Shown here: in pieces, positions 20,093 to 30,058 of the stretch | Layout of the letters: every line of letters starts with the position of its first letter | Numbering within the stretch: the first letter of the stretch is position 1 | Source of the DNA: Vampirovibrionaceae bacterium NZW_1234 | GTDB taxonomy: Bacteria; Cyanobacteriota; Vampirovibrionia; Vampirovibrionales; JAGQHJ01 | DNA length: 64,000 nucleotides | Assembly (NCBI GenBank): GCA_041697335.1 | Contig: JBGUGD010000030.1 | Coordinates: forward strand, 32,001-96,000 | Reading direction: 5' to 3' | Made by a program: the position numbers and the translations under genes | Notes under the pieces: model-generated | The model's input: the letters and a program-made list of their open reading frames with translations, nothing else | Database searches by the model: none | Told to the model about the DNA's origin: nothing

Positions 20093-21450
20093 GCAATCCC
20101 TTCCTGAAGTATGGGCACGTTTTCAGTCAGAGGTTGCACCGGGTTCACCACCTGTCCTCGCGTGCCTAATGATGTGACGGATGTTACCTGGACGGTAACC
20201 AGACTGTTTTGGGGAAGTCCGGTTTGATCCAACTGAATGGAAACCAGCTGTTCGCTCATGCCGCGATCCCCGCGTTCCTCGACAACCACCTGCACCGTTT
20301 TGTTCAACAGGTGTTGACGATAGTGTAAGTTCTTTTGCTCGGATAATGCAATAAGCCGACGGGTTCGCTCTTTTTTGACTTCTTCGGGAACCTGATCCGG
20401 AAAGTCCGCCGCCGGGGTGTCAGGGCGTTTGGAATAAGTAAAGGTGTGAAAATAGCTTAACGGGAGTTGTTCTAACGTACGATAGGTTGACTCAAAGCGT
20501 TCATCCGTTTCTTCAGGGAAGCCGGTAATGATGTCAGCCCCGATGGCACAGTGGGGAATGGCGCTTTGGATAGCCTCACAGACAGAAACCAAATCCGCCA
20601 CCCGATGTCGGCGTGCCATTCGTTTTAGGACATGATCTTCGGCACTTTGCATCGAAAGATGCAAATATGGACAAATTTTCGGGCTTTCAGCCATTAGCTT
20701 CAGCAATTCAGGGGTGACCTCCGCCGGATCCAGAGACGAGAGCCTCAGGCGAAAGGCTCCGGGAACTTGAACCAGTTCGGCCAACAGTCCTGCCAAGTCG
20801 GCATGGGTCTCAGGGTCCTCGTATTGGCCAATGTTAATGCCGGTTAAGACAATTTCCTGGTGCCCATGTGCAACCAATTGCCCCAGCTGATCTTTTAACT
20901 CGCCAATGCCGAGGCTTCGGCTGGGGCCGCGAGCAACCCAGATGATGCAATAAGTGCACTTAAAGTCACAGCCGTCTTGGATCTTCAAGCTGGCTCGGGT
21001 CCGATTAATGGCAGAAACTGAAGCACCGGCCATGACGCGGCTCTTATCCATCTCGGAGACCAAAATCAGGGGGTCGCCCTGGGCTGGCATTTCTCGGATG
21101 ATACGGTAAATGTCTTGTTTGAAGTTATTGCCGATCACATAGTTCACGCCGTCAATGGCGGCCACATCCTGGGGTGCCACTTGGGCATAGCAGCCGGTGA
21201 CAGCAATGCGAGCGTCCGGGTTCTGACGCTTGGCTTTGCGGATCATCCGCCGAGACTCGCTATCGCCTCCCGTGGTGACAGTACAGGTGTTGATGATATA
21301 CAACGATGCTTCATCTTGAAATGAGCGTATAGACCAGCCATGGTGACGAAATTCATCAGCCAGGGCCGATGATTCCAGTTGGTTGGTCTTGCATCCGAGG
21401 GTATAAAAGGCCACGGAGCGCGTATGGGCATGTTCTTGAAGTGTCGACAT
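20089..21450 (-). CDS. mtaB: tRNA t6A37 methylthiotransferase
   Basis: TLGCKTNQLES, INTCTVT, TGCYAQ, CDFKCTYC radical-SAM motif, SRS. Confidence 0.9.
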   Translation of the reverse strand: MSTLQEHAHTRSVAFYTLGCKTNQLESSALADEFRHHGWSIRSFQDEASLYIINTCTVTTGGDSESRRMIRKAKRQNPDARIAVTGCYAQVAPQDVAAIDGVNYVIGNNFKQDIYRIIREMPAQGDPLILVSEMDKSRVMAGASVSAINRTRASLKIQDGCDFKCTYCIIWVARGPSRSLGIGELKDQLGQLVAHGHQEIVLTGINIGQYEDPETHADLAGLLAELVQVPGAFRLRLSSLDPAEVTPELLKLMAESPKICPYLHLSMQSAEDHVLKRMARRHRVADLVSVCEAIQSAIPHCAIGADIITGFPEETDERFESTYRTLEQLPLSYFHTFTYSKRPDTPAADFPDQVPEEVKKERTRRLIALSEQKNLHYRQHLLNKTVQVVVEERGDRGMSEQLVSIQLDQTGLPQNSLVTVQVTSVTSLGTRGQVVNPVQPLTENVPILQEGIA

Positions 21451-21543
21451 AACACAGTTTTACAGTGTTTGCCTTGTCGGATCAAGTCTCTATGGCATGC
21501 CTTGGGGATCCCTTGAGGCAATGGGTGCGGCCGTTTTAGCAGG

Positions 21544-22245
21544 CTAGGAAAGTGTGGCCTTGGCCTTTAGCTTGGACGTCTTCTTAGGCTTGACACCCAC
21601 CTTTTGACAATAGGCTTCCACCGGGCATCTGTCACATTGAGGGTTAATGGGCTTGCAGCATTCCTGGCCATGACGCACCAGAACCCGGTTTACAATATTC
21701 CAGTACGCTTCATCCAGGCGATCTCGAAGGGCCCATTCCGTGTCCTCCGGGGTTTTGGTGGCCACATAGCCCAGGCGGTTGCCAATGCGATGGACATGAA
21801 CATCCACACAAATTGCCGGTTTGTTAAAGCCCAGGCCGACAACCAGATTGGCTGTTTTGCGTCCCACACCTTTGAATTGCAGAAGCGTATCAATGTCATC
21901 GGGGACGTTGCCGTCAAATTCGTCCAGCAGACGCTGGGAGATCTCGAGAATGTTCACGGCCTTGGTCTTGTAGAACCCCACCGGGTAAATCAGTTTTTCG
22001 ATCTCAGCCACAGAGAGTTTGACCATCTTTTCGGGGGTATCCACCTGTTGGAAAAGCTTTTCAGCCAAGGGAATGGTCATATCGTCCCGGGTTCGCAGGC
22101 TCATAATACAAGCAATGAGGACTTTATACGGATCACATTGGGTGACTTCCGACATGGGGTGATGTCGATAGGTGTCGGCCAAAATGGTGATGACGGTCCC
22201 AATGTCAAATGGGTAGTCGGGTTGCTTTTGGACGGGCTTCTTCAA
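21544..22245 (-). CDS. nth: Endonuclease III
   Basis: HhH motif GVGRKTAN, VDVHVHR, C-terminal CxxxxPxCxxCPxxxxC Fe-S motif. Confidence 0.95.
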   Translation of the reverse strand: MKKPVQKQPDYPFDIGTVITILADTYRHHPMSEVTQCDPYKVLIACIMSLRTRDDMTIPLAEKLFQQVDTPEKMVKLSVAEIEKLIYPVGFYKTKAVNILEISQRLLDEFDGNVPDDIDTLLQFKGVGRKTANLVVGLGFNKPAICVDVHVHRIGNRLGYVATKTPEDTEWALRDRLDEAYWNIVNRVLVRHGQECCKPINPQCDRCPVEAYCQKVGVKPKKTSKLKAKATLS

Positions 22246-22305
22246 GATTCAGGCTCCTTGGACGATACACACACTATAGCGTAGGGGCATTAGGTCGGCA
22301 ATGTA

Positions 22306-23511
22306 ATGTCTGCACCCGATGACATATTTAAGCAAGGGGTGAAAGCCTATCAGTCTGGTGATTATCAGTCTGCGGCCCAGTTGTTTCAGACGGTAATTGA
22401 TGAGGAACCCCAATCGCCTGAAGCGTGGCTGAACCTGGGAAATGCCCATTTCAAGCTTCAGACATTTGCCAAAGCAAAAACGTGTTTCTTAAAAGTCCTT
22501 GACCTGGATCCGCTGGAAGAAAAGGCGTATCTGAATTTGGGCAATGTCTTTTATGCCATGGGGCTGTATCGTCAAGCTGTCTACCATTGGGAAGTCTATC
22601 TGACCATGCGCCCTCGCCATTCGGATGCGTGGCTTAATCTTGCCTTGGCCTATGAAGCCCAGGACAAAATGCATGATGCCGTTGCGGCGTATGTCAAATA
22701 TCTTCGCTATGTCGATAAGAAGAGTGCCAAAGACCTGCACCTGGAGCGACATATTCAGGAGGCCCCAGAGCTTGCGGATCCCCATGTTGCCCATGCGGAA
22801 AAAATGATGGGTCAGGGAAACCTCAAAGCCGCTCAAGCTGCGTTTCAGCAAGTAACGAGTATTGCCCCTATGCCACCGAAGTTTTGCAAGCATTACGCAT
22901 CGGTGCTTTACCAGCTCCAGGCGTATACGGAGGCAGCCCACTGGTATGAAGAGGCTTTGCGGTTTCAGGCCAAAGATGTGGGTGCGCTGATTAACCTTGG
23001 GGTTATCTATGATAAGCTATCTGACCCCTTACAATCCTTGTGGGCTTTTTCCCAAGCCTTGGGGTTGGACCCTGCCGCTGGAAAGGGTAAGGTTAAGCAA
23101 CGCTATGATGCCATTTTTTCTCAAGTGGGCCCTGGACTTTGGGACACCGTTCGGGCACGATGCCAGGCGTGTATGGCGGAGCAGGATTATGGGCAAGCGG
23201 AATTGCTTTTGGAGCGCTATATGAGTGTGGAGCGTCGCATAACCGAGGGGGTTCAGGCGGAAGTCGAGATATTGCGAAGCCAACTGAAAACCCGAAAGGA
23301 TCCAAAACGGCATTTGGCTGATCAAGCCTATGCAGCGGCTGAAGTATGCTATGAACAGGGGCAGTATGAAAAGGCGTTGGCTTGGTATGATCGCTTTATG
23401 GCGCTGATGCCCACCGATGAAAAAGCCTATGATGTGCGCAAGCGGATTCGCCAGATAAACCAGGTGCTTTCTGCTGTCAATCAGGCCCCGCTTGAGGCAG
23501 AATCCGCTTAA
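22306..23511 (+). CDS. Tetratricopeptide repeat protein
   Basis: Multiple TPR units (AWLNLGNA, AYLNLGNV, AWLNLALA, ALINLGVI). Confidence 0.92.
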   Translation: MSAPDDIFKQGVKAYQSGDYQSAAQLFQTVIDEEPQSPEAWLNLGNAHFKLQTFAKAKTCFLKVLDLDPLEEKAYLNLGNVFYAMGLYRQAVYHWEVYLTMRPRHSDAWLNLALAYEAQDKMHDAVAAYVKYLRYVDKKSAKDLHLERHIQEAPELADPHVAHAEKMMGQGNLKAAQAAFQQVTSIAPMPPKFCKHYASVLYQLQAYTEAAHWYEEALRFQAKDVGALINLGVIYDKLSDPLQSLWAFSQALGLDPAAGKGKVKQRYDAIFSQVGPGLWDTVRARCQACMAEQDYGQAELLLERYMSVERRITEGVQAEVEILRSQLKTRKDPKRHLADQAYAAAEVCYEQGQYEKALAWYDRFMALMPTDEKAYDVRKRIRQINQVLSAVNQAPLEAESA

Positions 23512-24191
23512 AGTGGTGTGTTGTTCCCGGTAAAGGTGGCAGGATAGACGGGAATCTCAATCACTTCTTTGGCTTGGTTTTCAAGCGTTACCACGGCTTT
23601 TAGGGCAATGGGAAATTGATTTTTGAGTTGACTGAGATACGTTCCAAAGGCAATGGGGCTTGAGGTAAACCGATAGCGTTCATTTTTGGCCAGCATGGGG
23701 ATTGACCCGCGTTGGACTTGAAAGCAAACCCATTTGGCTGTGTGGCGAATATGTTCCTCGTCGACCAGAAAACTCTCCGATTCTCGAGAAACCTGACCGA
23801 GAAGGGCCATTAATTCGATACGAATAGGGGTTTCCCGGGAGGGATCGATGCCTTTGTTTTTGATAGTCGTTTGGACTTGAAACATCAAGGGCGCAGCTTG
23901 GCTTTTGTCGATCCAGGCATCGAGCTCAATATCGGTACCTTTGACGCTGTTATAAGCCGCTTCGTAAGCTTGACGCTCTTCATTGGGGTGTAAGTGGCCG
24001 CTGTTTTTGTTGCGTAAGACCTGTAGGGTCTCCAAATAAAAGGGGTGAGCTTCTGGACGATAGGTAAAGGTCGTTTCCTGGAGGGACAGGCTGGCATGCG
24101 TAGCCGGATGGATGCTAACCAAGACTAGAAGGCCAGTCATCGTGAGAAGACGGTAGACACGGCGTGCTAAAAAGCATGTAAATCCAACCAT
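23508..24191 (-). CDS. Hypothetical exported protein
   Basis: N-terminal hydrophobic signal-like region ending ATHA; overlaps the nuclease gene stop. Confidence 0.65.
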   Translation of the reverse strand: MVGFTCFLARRVYRLLTMTGLLVLVSIHPATHASLSLQETTFTYRPEAHPFYLETLQVLRNKNSGHLHPNEERQAYEAAYNSVKGTDIELDAWIDKSQAAPLMFQVQTTIKNKGIDPSRETPIRIELMALLGQVSRESESFLVDEEHIRHTAKWVCFQVQRGSIPMLAKNERYRFTSSPIAFGTYLSQLKNQFPIALKAVVTLENQAKEVIEIPVYPATFTGNNTPL

Positions 24192-24982
24192 GGTGAGGTT
24201 ACCTCATCTTCCAGCCCCGAATCCAAGGTGGGGGTGATGGGGAGTGTATCGACCTCGGGGATAAAATCTTCACTGTCATCCAGGCCATTCATTTGTGCCA
24301 TGTGACTTTCGATGCCGCAGATACGCCGATAGGGGCAATGACTGTCCAGGCAGCTTGGTGGTAACGAATACGTCTCTTGCTGGGTTATGCGTAGAATACT
24401 GTCCATAACCCGGGTTCGGGTGGCTTGATGACGGGTATCGTTGTAGGGGATCTGGATGGCTTTGACCTGGTTTTGATTCACTTGAACATAGGTAAACACA
24501 AAGGATTCAGGGGGGAGGGCCGTCAGGCCGAATTCATGACGACTTTCATAAAGTGCATAGAGATACAAGACGGTTTGCCAGTCTTCGTCGGCGGGAAACG
24601 GGATACTGGTACCCGTTTTCCAGTCTAAAATATGAATTTTATCCTGGACTTGAACGATGCGATCAATGCGGCCATAAAACCAGCGTCCATCCAAAGCCAA
24701 GGAGAAACCCCATTCACTGGCAATAACCGGGTATTGTGACCACTTGCTTGCCGCTAATACCCGCCAAGCAGCCACAATGTCGCTGTCGGCTTCGGCTGCG
24801 ATGGGAGCGACCGGCAGCTGTCGGGCAGTATAGTCCAGCAGTTGGTGGACACCTTTGCCCAATCGGAAATTTTTGGGGTTGGCTGGCCAAGCCAGCTTCA
24901 AAATGTAATCATAGGCGTATTTTTTTTGGCATTTTTCCCAGGTTTTAAGCTGGTTAACGGAAAAGCTATCCGGCATGGACAA
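24167..24982 (-). CDS. PD-(D/E)XK nuclease (RecB/AddB/Cas4-like) with a probable Fe-S cluster
   Basis: S...L.TW..C, G..VH, E, GRIDRI, ILDWKTG, Q..LY, C-terminal C...CPY..IC. Confidence 0.88.
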   Translation of the reverse strand: MSMPDSFSVNQLKTWEKCQKKYAYDYILKLAWPANPKNFRLGKGVHQLLDYTARQLPVAPIAAEADSDIVAAWRVLAASKWSQYPVIASEWGFSLALDGRWFYGRIDRIVQVQDKIHILDWKTGTSIPFPADEDWQTVLYLYALYESRHEFGLTALPPESFVFTYVQVNQNQVKAIQIPYNDTRHQATRTRVMDSILRITQQETYSLPPSCLDSHCPYRRICGIESHMAQMNGLDDSEDFIPEVDTLPITPTLDSGLEDEVTSPWLDLHAF

Positions 24983-27900
24983 CCTCCGTTGATGTTGGGT
25001 TGATGAGGGCTTGAGGAGATGTTGCCTGCGGCATCAGCTGGCTCAGGACGTCAAAGTAGCGAGAGGGAACTTGTGCCTCTGGCTTTCCGTGCCAGTTTCT
25101 GGCTTCCATGGGATAGGATAAAAATAACCCTTTTCGGGCACGGGTAATACCGACATAGACCAAGCGGGCTTCTTCTTCGACTTTTTTGGTGATCTGTCCG
25201 GCTTTCAGGATCTCGGATGCGATGGGGGTGGCCTGATTCAGTTGCTGCAATTCGATGGCTAACTTGTCGCTTTCGCCCCATTGTACTGATTTCGTGAGAC
25301 TTGGAAAGGATTTTTCTGACATGCCAGGGATGAACACGAAGTCAAATTCCTGTCCTTTCGATTTATGGAGGGTCATGACCTGCACAAATTGGCCCTTGGC
25401 ATTGTCTGGAATGTCAGCGCCTTCCTGAACCACTTTAAACGGCAGGCGCTTTCGCTCCAGGCATTGCTGAAACTCCTGATTGACCCATTCCAACGGTGAT
25501 CGGTCTTCTAGACCTGCTTGGGCCAGTCGGTTCACCCAGTTCTGTGCTTTTAAGGCACACAAATAGCCAATGCTCCGATGGTGGGGTTGTATTAAAAAGC
25601 GGTCCGTTACTTTAACAATGAGGCTGCAAATGTCCTGGCCAAAGGTAAATCGCATCAGGTCATGCAAGTTGTAATACAACTGGAGTAATCCTTCATGAGC
25701 AATCTGGCTGGGGTTTTGATTGAGAAAAGCTACTGTCGAGAGAGTCAATGTCTCTGTTTGGGGGGCTGCTTCCAGACTGTCTTGCGGCAACGCCAGCAAT
25801 CCCATGTGATGGAGATGGTTGCACAGCTGTTGGAAAAGCTCTGGTTGGCTGGGGTCTTCTAAAACGTTTAACGTATATACGATAGCCAGAAAGGCAGGGT
25901 TTAAGTCGGGGGAGTCTGTATAGCTAATGGCTTTGATGCCATGTTCTTGCAGAAAGCGGGTATAGGCAAGGACATCACTATTATTTCTCAAAAGCAGGGC
26001 AATACTGTTTTTAGGATGGCTTTGCTGAAGATGGCCGATCTGGTGAAGCAAGCCTTCTTGTTCTTGTGGGCTTGTGGGATAGGCGTTGGCCTGAAGTGGT
26101 TCTAACAGGCCAGGATTCATCCCGCTGACAGGAACCATGGTGACCGGTTGAAAGGCGTTTTTAAGGACTTCATCGTGACATGCCCACTGAATAAAGCGGT
26201 TAGCAACGTCCATGACCTCAGGTGCACAACGGCCGCTATGATCCATGGTGACAACCAGGCCGTTCTGGTGACACTCTTGAATAAATCCCCGAAAGACGTC
26301 GGTATCGGCTGAGCTGAACGTGGTGGTAATGGATTGGTTGGTATCACCGGTCCGGATTAAATTGCCGTGTTTTGCCGAGAGCAGATGGATAAAACGTTGA
26401 AGGAGGTGTGATGAATCCTGAGCTTCGTCTTCGATGATGTAGTGAAAGCGCGCCTGGTATTTGGCAGCGATGTCCGGGTGGGTTTCCAGCAGGCCAATGG
26501 CGTTGAGGATCAGGTCCGTAAAGTCCAGCTTGCCTTGGCGGTGGAGAGTGGTTTGATAGGCTTCGTAGATGAGCATGAATTTCACCATCTTGCCGCCCCG
26601 GATGCCACGCTCCCAACTACGCTGTTTTAAGATTTCAGGCGTCAGACCCAGGGTCTTGGCCAGTTGAATGGCAGAAATAACGGCATCGAGTCGGCGAAAA
26701 TAAGGATTTTCATCGTTATCAATGGTGTTGACAATAGGTTGTAAGGTCTGTCGCATTTCGATGTCATCCATCACTTGGAGGTCATCGGTATTCAAGCCCA
26801 GGTACAAAGCATGATCGTCTTCGGTAATAATGCGAAAGGCCAAGCTGTGAATGGTACTAACCATGGGCAGGCAGGTGGCCTGATCTCCTAATTTGGCTTT
26901 TAGACGGCTGAGGAGGGTTTTGGCAGCACTGTCCATGTACGTCAAGACCAGAATACTGTCTGGAGAGATGTTTTGGGAAATTAGTTCGAGTAGAAGCTCG
27001 ACGTTCACAAAGGTTTTTCCCGCACCGGGCACGGCGGTAATGGCCATTTTGCCCTGGCGATAGTTTAAGATGGGTACTTGATCCGGACGAAGTTTGGCTC
27101 GGGCCATGGTGGGTCTGGCCATATCTTGAGGCAGCCAAAGCATCTGGTGACACTGGCCGGTGTGGGTGTTGCCTTCATCATCCAACTCACTGGCATACAG
27201 GAAGATGCATTCCAGGGTATAAAGTGCTAAGGTTCTGGTGATATGGCCTGCTCGGGTTCGTGTGAGGAGCTGATTAAAGGAGTCTGAAGCCTGATGCAGA
27301 TCCCCGGTCCAATTAGCCGAATGAACCCAAGCATTATAGAGGGGGGCATTGTCTGTGCGGGACCATTCTCGAGAGGAAACATCCAACCACAGGTGAATCC
27401 GGCGCTCAATTTCAAAGTCGATGATCTTTTGGGGCGTTCCGAGAACAATCGCATCCGGATCCACATCGGTGGGTTTGTTGGGGGTATCGGAGATGACCCC
27501 GGTCTTGGCATGCAGAAACCATTCTCGAGCCGCTTGAACCTCTGAACCGGCTTGAAGAGCCAAAACCTTTGCTAAATTTTGGATGTACAGCGACCGAATG
27601 AGTTGATGCATGTCAAGCATGCTGTCTTGGTCGGTCAGATATGGGCTTATGATTTCGCTAAAGGCGGAGTATAGCTGTTCCTCAAGTGACTCACCCTGCG
27701 CTTTGACCAGCCAATCCAAAAGCTGTTCGTATCGATCTTGGCCTTCAGCTGAAAAGACGTCTGAGTCCGGTAGACTCATGCTGTCGGATCTCAAGCGGTA
27801 GGCCTGCATGAAAGCATCCAGGCCAGTTGGATCCACCTTGTGAAGTTGCAGGCCATGGCGTAAAATGCCATGCATTTCGACCGCCGATAAGGGGAGTTGC

Positions 27901-29162
27901 CACGCTTGCCGATTAACGAGTTGTAAGAGGAGCAGCAGCGTGCGACATGCCGGATGGTCAGTAGGACGTTGTGTACCCGTTAGAATTTGCAGGGGGATTC
28001 CACGGCATTTTAGTTGCTGCTGGAGCTGAAGGCGTGCCAATGTGTCGACCTTGGGCATGACAATAATCAGATCCCCTGGTTTTAGAGAAGGTTTGTTGTG
28101 GGCCAGTGGCTCTTGTTGTAATAGGGCTACAATGTCTGAGACCACTTGAGCAATCATCTCCATGCGAGAAATCGGCTGCGGGCGCCATTGAACTTCCTGC
28201 TTCGGAGTGACGGGTAGGGGCTTTCGATCTTCGAGGCTCAGACCTTGAGTCCAGTTCTCAAGCAGGGTTGTGCCAATCGAATACAAGGCATCGGTGCGTT
28301 CCAGAGTGATGGTTTGAATATCGGGCTTTAAGGCTTTGAGGCCGGGCCAGTCATAGGGGTAGGCATTCAAATACCCGCGTCGGGTGCCGCCTTGAATATC
28401 TGCCGTAATGGCTAGGGTTTTAAGGTGGGGAGTGAGCCATTTAATGAACTGTTGTTGGGCTGGAATGGTTTCATCCACATCATCAACCACCAGGTGCTGA
28501 ATACGACCCTTAAAATGCTTCTGAATCCTTTCCTGGCTTTCGAGAAGCTTATGAAAGGCATCAATCTGCCGACTATTGTCGAGAACCCGATACAGGAGGC
28601 TCCACTGATCAAACAGCTTGATGACCTTATCGATATCGTCCAGGCATGGCTCACCAATCAGTTCCGAACGGCTTCGCATGTCTCGATCGGTTAACCGATT
28701 TTCCGAGCGCAGCCGAATTCGCCGGATGAGCTGGGTAATGAGGCTGTGTTCGGATCCTTGAAACTCCTGAAACGCCTCTGGATGAGCTGCTCGAAGACGT
28801 TGGATGATCTTTCGGATTAGGTATTCTGAGGCCTCAAAACCGGAGAGTTCTGGGAAAATTACCGGATGACCCGGCTTAGCGCTTTTCAGAATTACGGATT
28901 CCACGCATGGCCAATATAAAGCCAACGTGTTTCGGACCAAGGCTGAATAGGTGGTGACGGGCAATTGGGCAAATCCACCGGTCAGCTTGGATTGAAGTGC
29001 TTCTAAAAATCGGGACTTGCGATAATAATTGCTGCACAGGATTAAAATGCTATCCGTGGGGTAGGTGCCAAAGAGGGTCAGCGCTTTTTCAACTAATAGC
29101 CTTGTTTTTCCCGAACGGGCGGGACCTTCGATGGCGATGGAGTCAGACACAGATGGGGGCAT
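24966..29162 (-). CDS. Fused double UvrD/SF1 helicase (degenerate N-half plus intact C-half)
   Basis: N-half GPARSGKT and LVVDDVDE. C-half AVPGAGKT, STIHS, IIEDEAQD, GDTNQSI, MTLHKSKGQEFD, EEARLVYVGITRA. Confidence 0.88.
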   Translation of the reverse strand: MPPSVSDSIAIEGPARSGKTRLLVEKALTLFGTYPTDSILILCSNYYRKSRFLEALQSKLTGGFAQLPVTTYSALVRNTLALYWPCVESVILKSAKPGHPVIFPELSGFEASEYLIRKIIQRLRAAHPEAFQEFQGSEHSLITQLIRRIRLRSENRLTDRDMRSRSELIGEPCLDDIDKVIKLFDQWSLLYRVLDNSRQIDAFHKLLESQERIQKHFKGRIQHLVVDDVDETIPAQQQFIKWLTPHLKTLAITADIQGGTRRGYLNAYPYDWPGLKALKPDIQTITLERTDALYSIGTTLLENWTQGLSLEDRKPLPVTPKQEVQWRPQPISRMEMIAQVVSDIVALLQQEPLAHNKPSLKPGDLIIVMPKVDTLARLQLQQQLKCRGIPLQILTGTQRPTDHPACRTLLLLLQLVNRQAWQLPLSAVEMHGILRHGLQLHKVDPTGLDAFMQAYRLRSDSMSLPDSDVFSAEGQDRYEQLLDWLVKAQGESLEEQLYSAFSEIISPYLTDQDSMLDMHQLIRSLYIQNLAKVLALQAGSEVQAAREWFLHAKTGVISDTPNKPTDVDPDAIVLGTPQKIIDFEIERRIHLWLDVSSREWSRTDNAPLYNAWVHSANWTGDLHQASDSFNQLLTRTRAGHITRTLALYTLECIFLYASELDDEGNTHTGQCHQMLWLPQDMARPTMARAKLRPDQVPILNYRQGKMAITAVPGAGKTFVNVELLLELISQNISPDSILVLTYMDSAAKTLLSRLKAKLGDQATCLPMVSTIHSLAFRIITEDDHALYLGLNTDDLQVMDDIEMRQTLQPIVNTIDNDENPYFRRLDAVISAIQLAKTLGLTPEILKQRSWERGIRGGKMVKFMLIYEAYQTTLHRQGKLDFTDLILNAIGLLETHPDIAAKYQARFHYIIEDEAQDSSHLLQRFIHLLSAKHGNLIRTGDTNQSITTTFSSADTDVFRGFIQECHQNGLVVTMDHSGRCAPEVMDVANRFIQWACHDEVLKNAFQPVTMVPVSGMNPGLLEPLQANAYPTSPQEQEGLLHQIGHLQQSHPKNSIALLLRNNSDVLAYTRFLQEHGIKAISYTDSPDLNPAFLAIVYTLNVLEDPSQPELFQQLCNHLHHMGLLALPQDSLEAAPQTETLTLSTVAFLNQNPSQIAHEGLLQLYYNLHDLMRFTFGQDICSLIVKVTDRFLIQPHHRSIGYLCALKAQNWVNRLAQAGLEDRSPLEWVNQEFQQCLERKRLPFKVVQEGADIPDNAKGQFVQVMTLHKSKGQEFDFVFIPGMSEKSFPSLTKSVQWGESDKLAIELQQLNQATPIASEILKAGQITKKVEEEARLVYVGITRARKGLFLSYPMEARNWHGKPEAQVPSRYFDVLSQLMPQATSPQALINPTSTEVVHAG

Positions 29163-29449
29163 GATAAAAGCCCTATGCTTGAGACTGCCTGACCATTATC
29201 TAACGGTGGCGGTTCAAAACAAAGGCCTTGGCCCGGATGATTTGTGGAAACCAATAACAAGATATTGCTTGTATATATTGTGTTTTGCTATGTTACAAAA
29301 TCAACGCGATGGCGCAATTGTAATGGTTTTGTTGTTTTTATTTTTTTGAAAATAAATACCCTTCGTGTGTCCATGTCAGCATTGAGAGAGTTAGGTGCCC
29401 AAGGCAACGGCTTTGCGTTGTTTCTGTGTGCCGAGAGGAGTTAATCGTC

Positions 29450-30058
29450 GTGGTTTTTGATCCCACAGGTATTGGCCAGTTTTTACCCTATTCAGGTTCC
29501 GGTCCCTCTTTGGCATCTGTTTTGGATGACCGAGCGAATGCACTCGCCTGGGGCTATCCTATTGGTGTGCCGTCTGCCATTACTAACCTCCTTATGCCGC
29601 AACAGTCTCCTTGGGGTGGGATAAATCCTGCTCTCATGTACGGGCAGCCTTTTGGGCAACCTTTTGGCCCCTTGTATTGGTCGCTTCCAGCATTTAATTC
29701 ACCCTATAGTTCGCCTTTTGGTCCTGGGATTCAATCTCCCTTTCCTTCGCCATATGGATTACCTTATGGCGCTTCCTATCCTGGCGCGCTAGGTTTACCC
29801 TATGGTGCCCAACTGCCTTGGGGGACAACACCTTCGTTGGGTTTACCCTATGGGGTTGCTATGGCAAGTCCCTATGGGCTTGGAGCTTCCGGGTTTGGTA
29901 ATGCCAATGGATTTCAGCCCATGAGCCCAGTCAGTGCACCCATGATGGGGGCGGCTCAATCGGGTGCGTTATTGAGTCCGTACGGATTGCCCAGTCAGGG
30001 TAATTTTACCGGAAGGCCACAAGTCAGGCCGACCTTAACCTACCCGGCTGGCTTCTAG
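29450..30058 (+). CDS. Pro/Gly/Ser/aromatic low-complexity protein (P-[YFW]-G repeats)
   Basis: GAGAGGAG RBS before GTG 29450; 11 P[YFW]G motifs; no other long ORF in this interval. Confidence 0.7.
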   Translation: MVFDPTGIGQFLPYSGSGPSLASVLDDRANALAWGYPIGVPSAITNLLMPQQSPWGGINPALMYGQPFGQPFGPLYWSLPAFNSPYSSPFGPGIQSPFPSPYGLPYGASYPGALGLPYGAQLPWGTTPSLGLPYGVAMASPYGLGASGFGNANGFQPMSPVSAPMMGAAQSGALLSPYGLPSQGNFTGRPQVRPTLTYPAGF

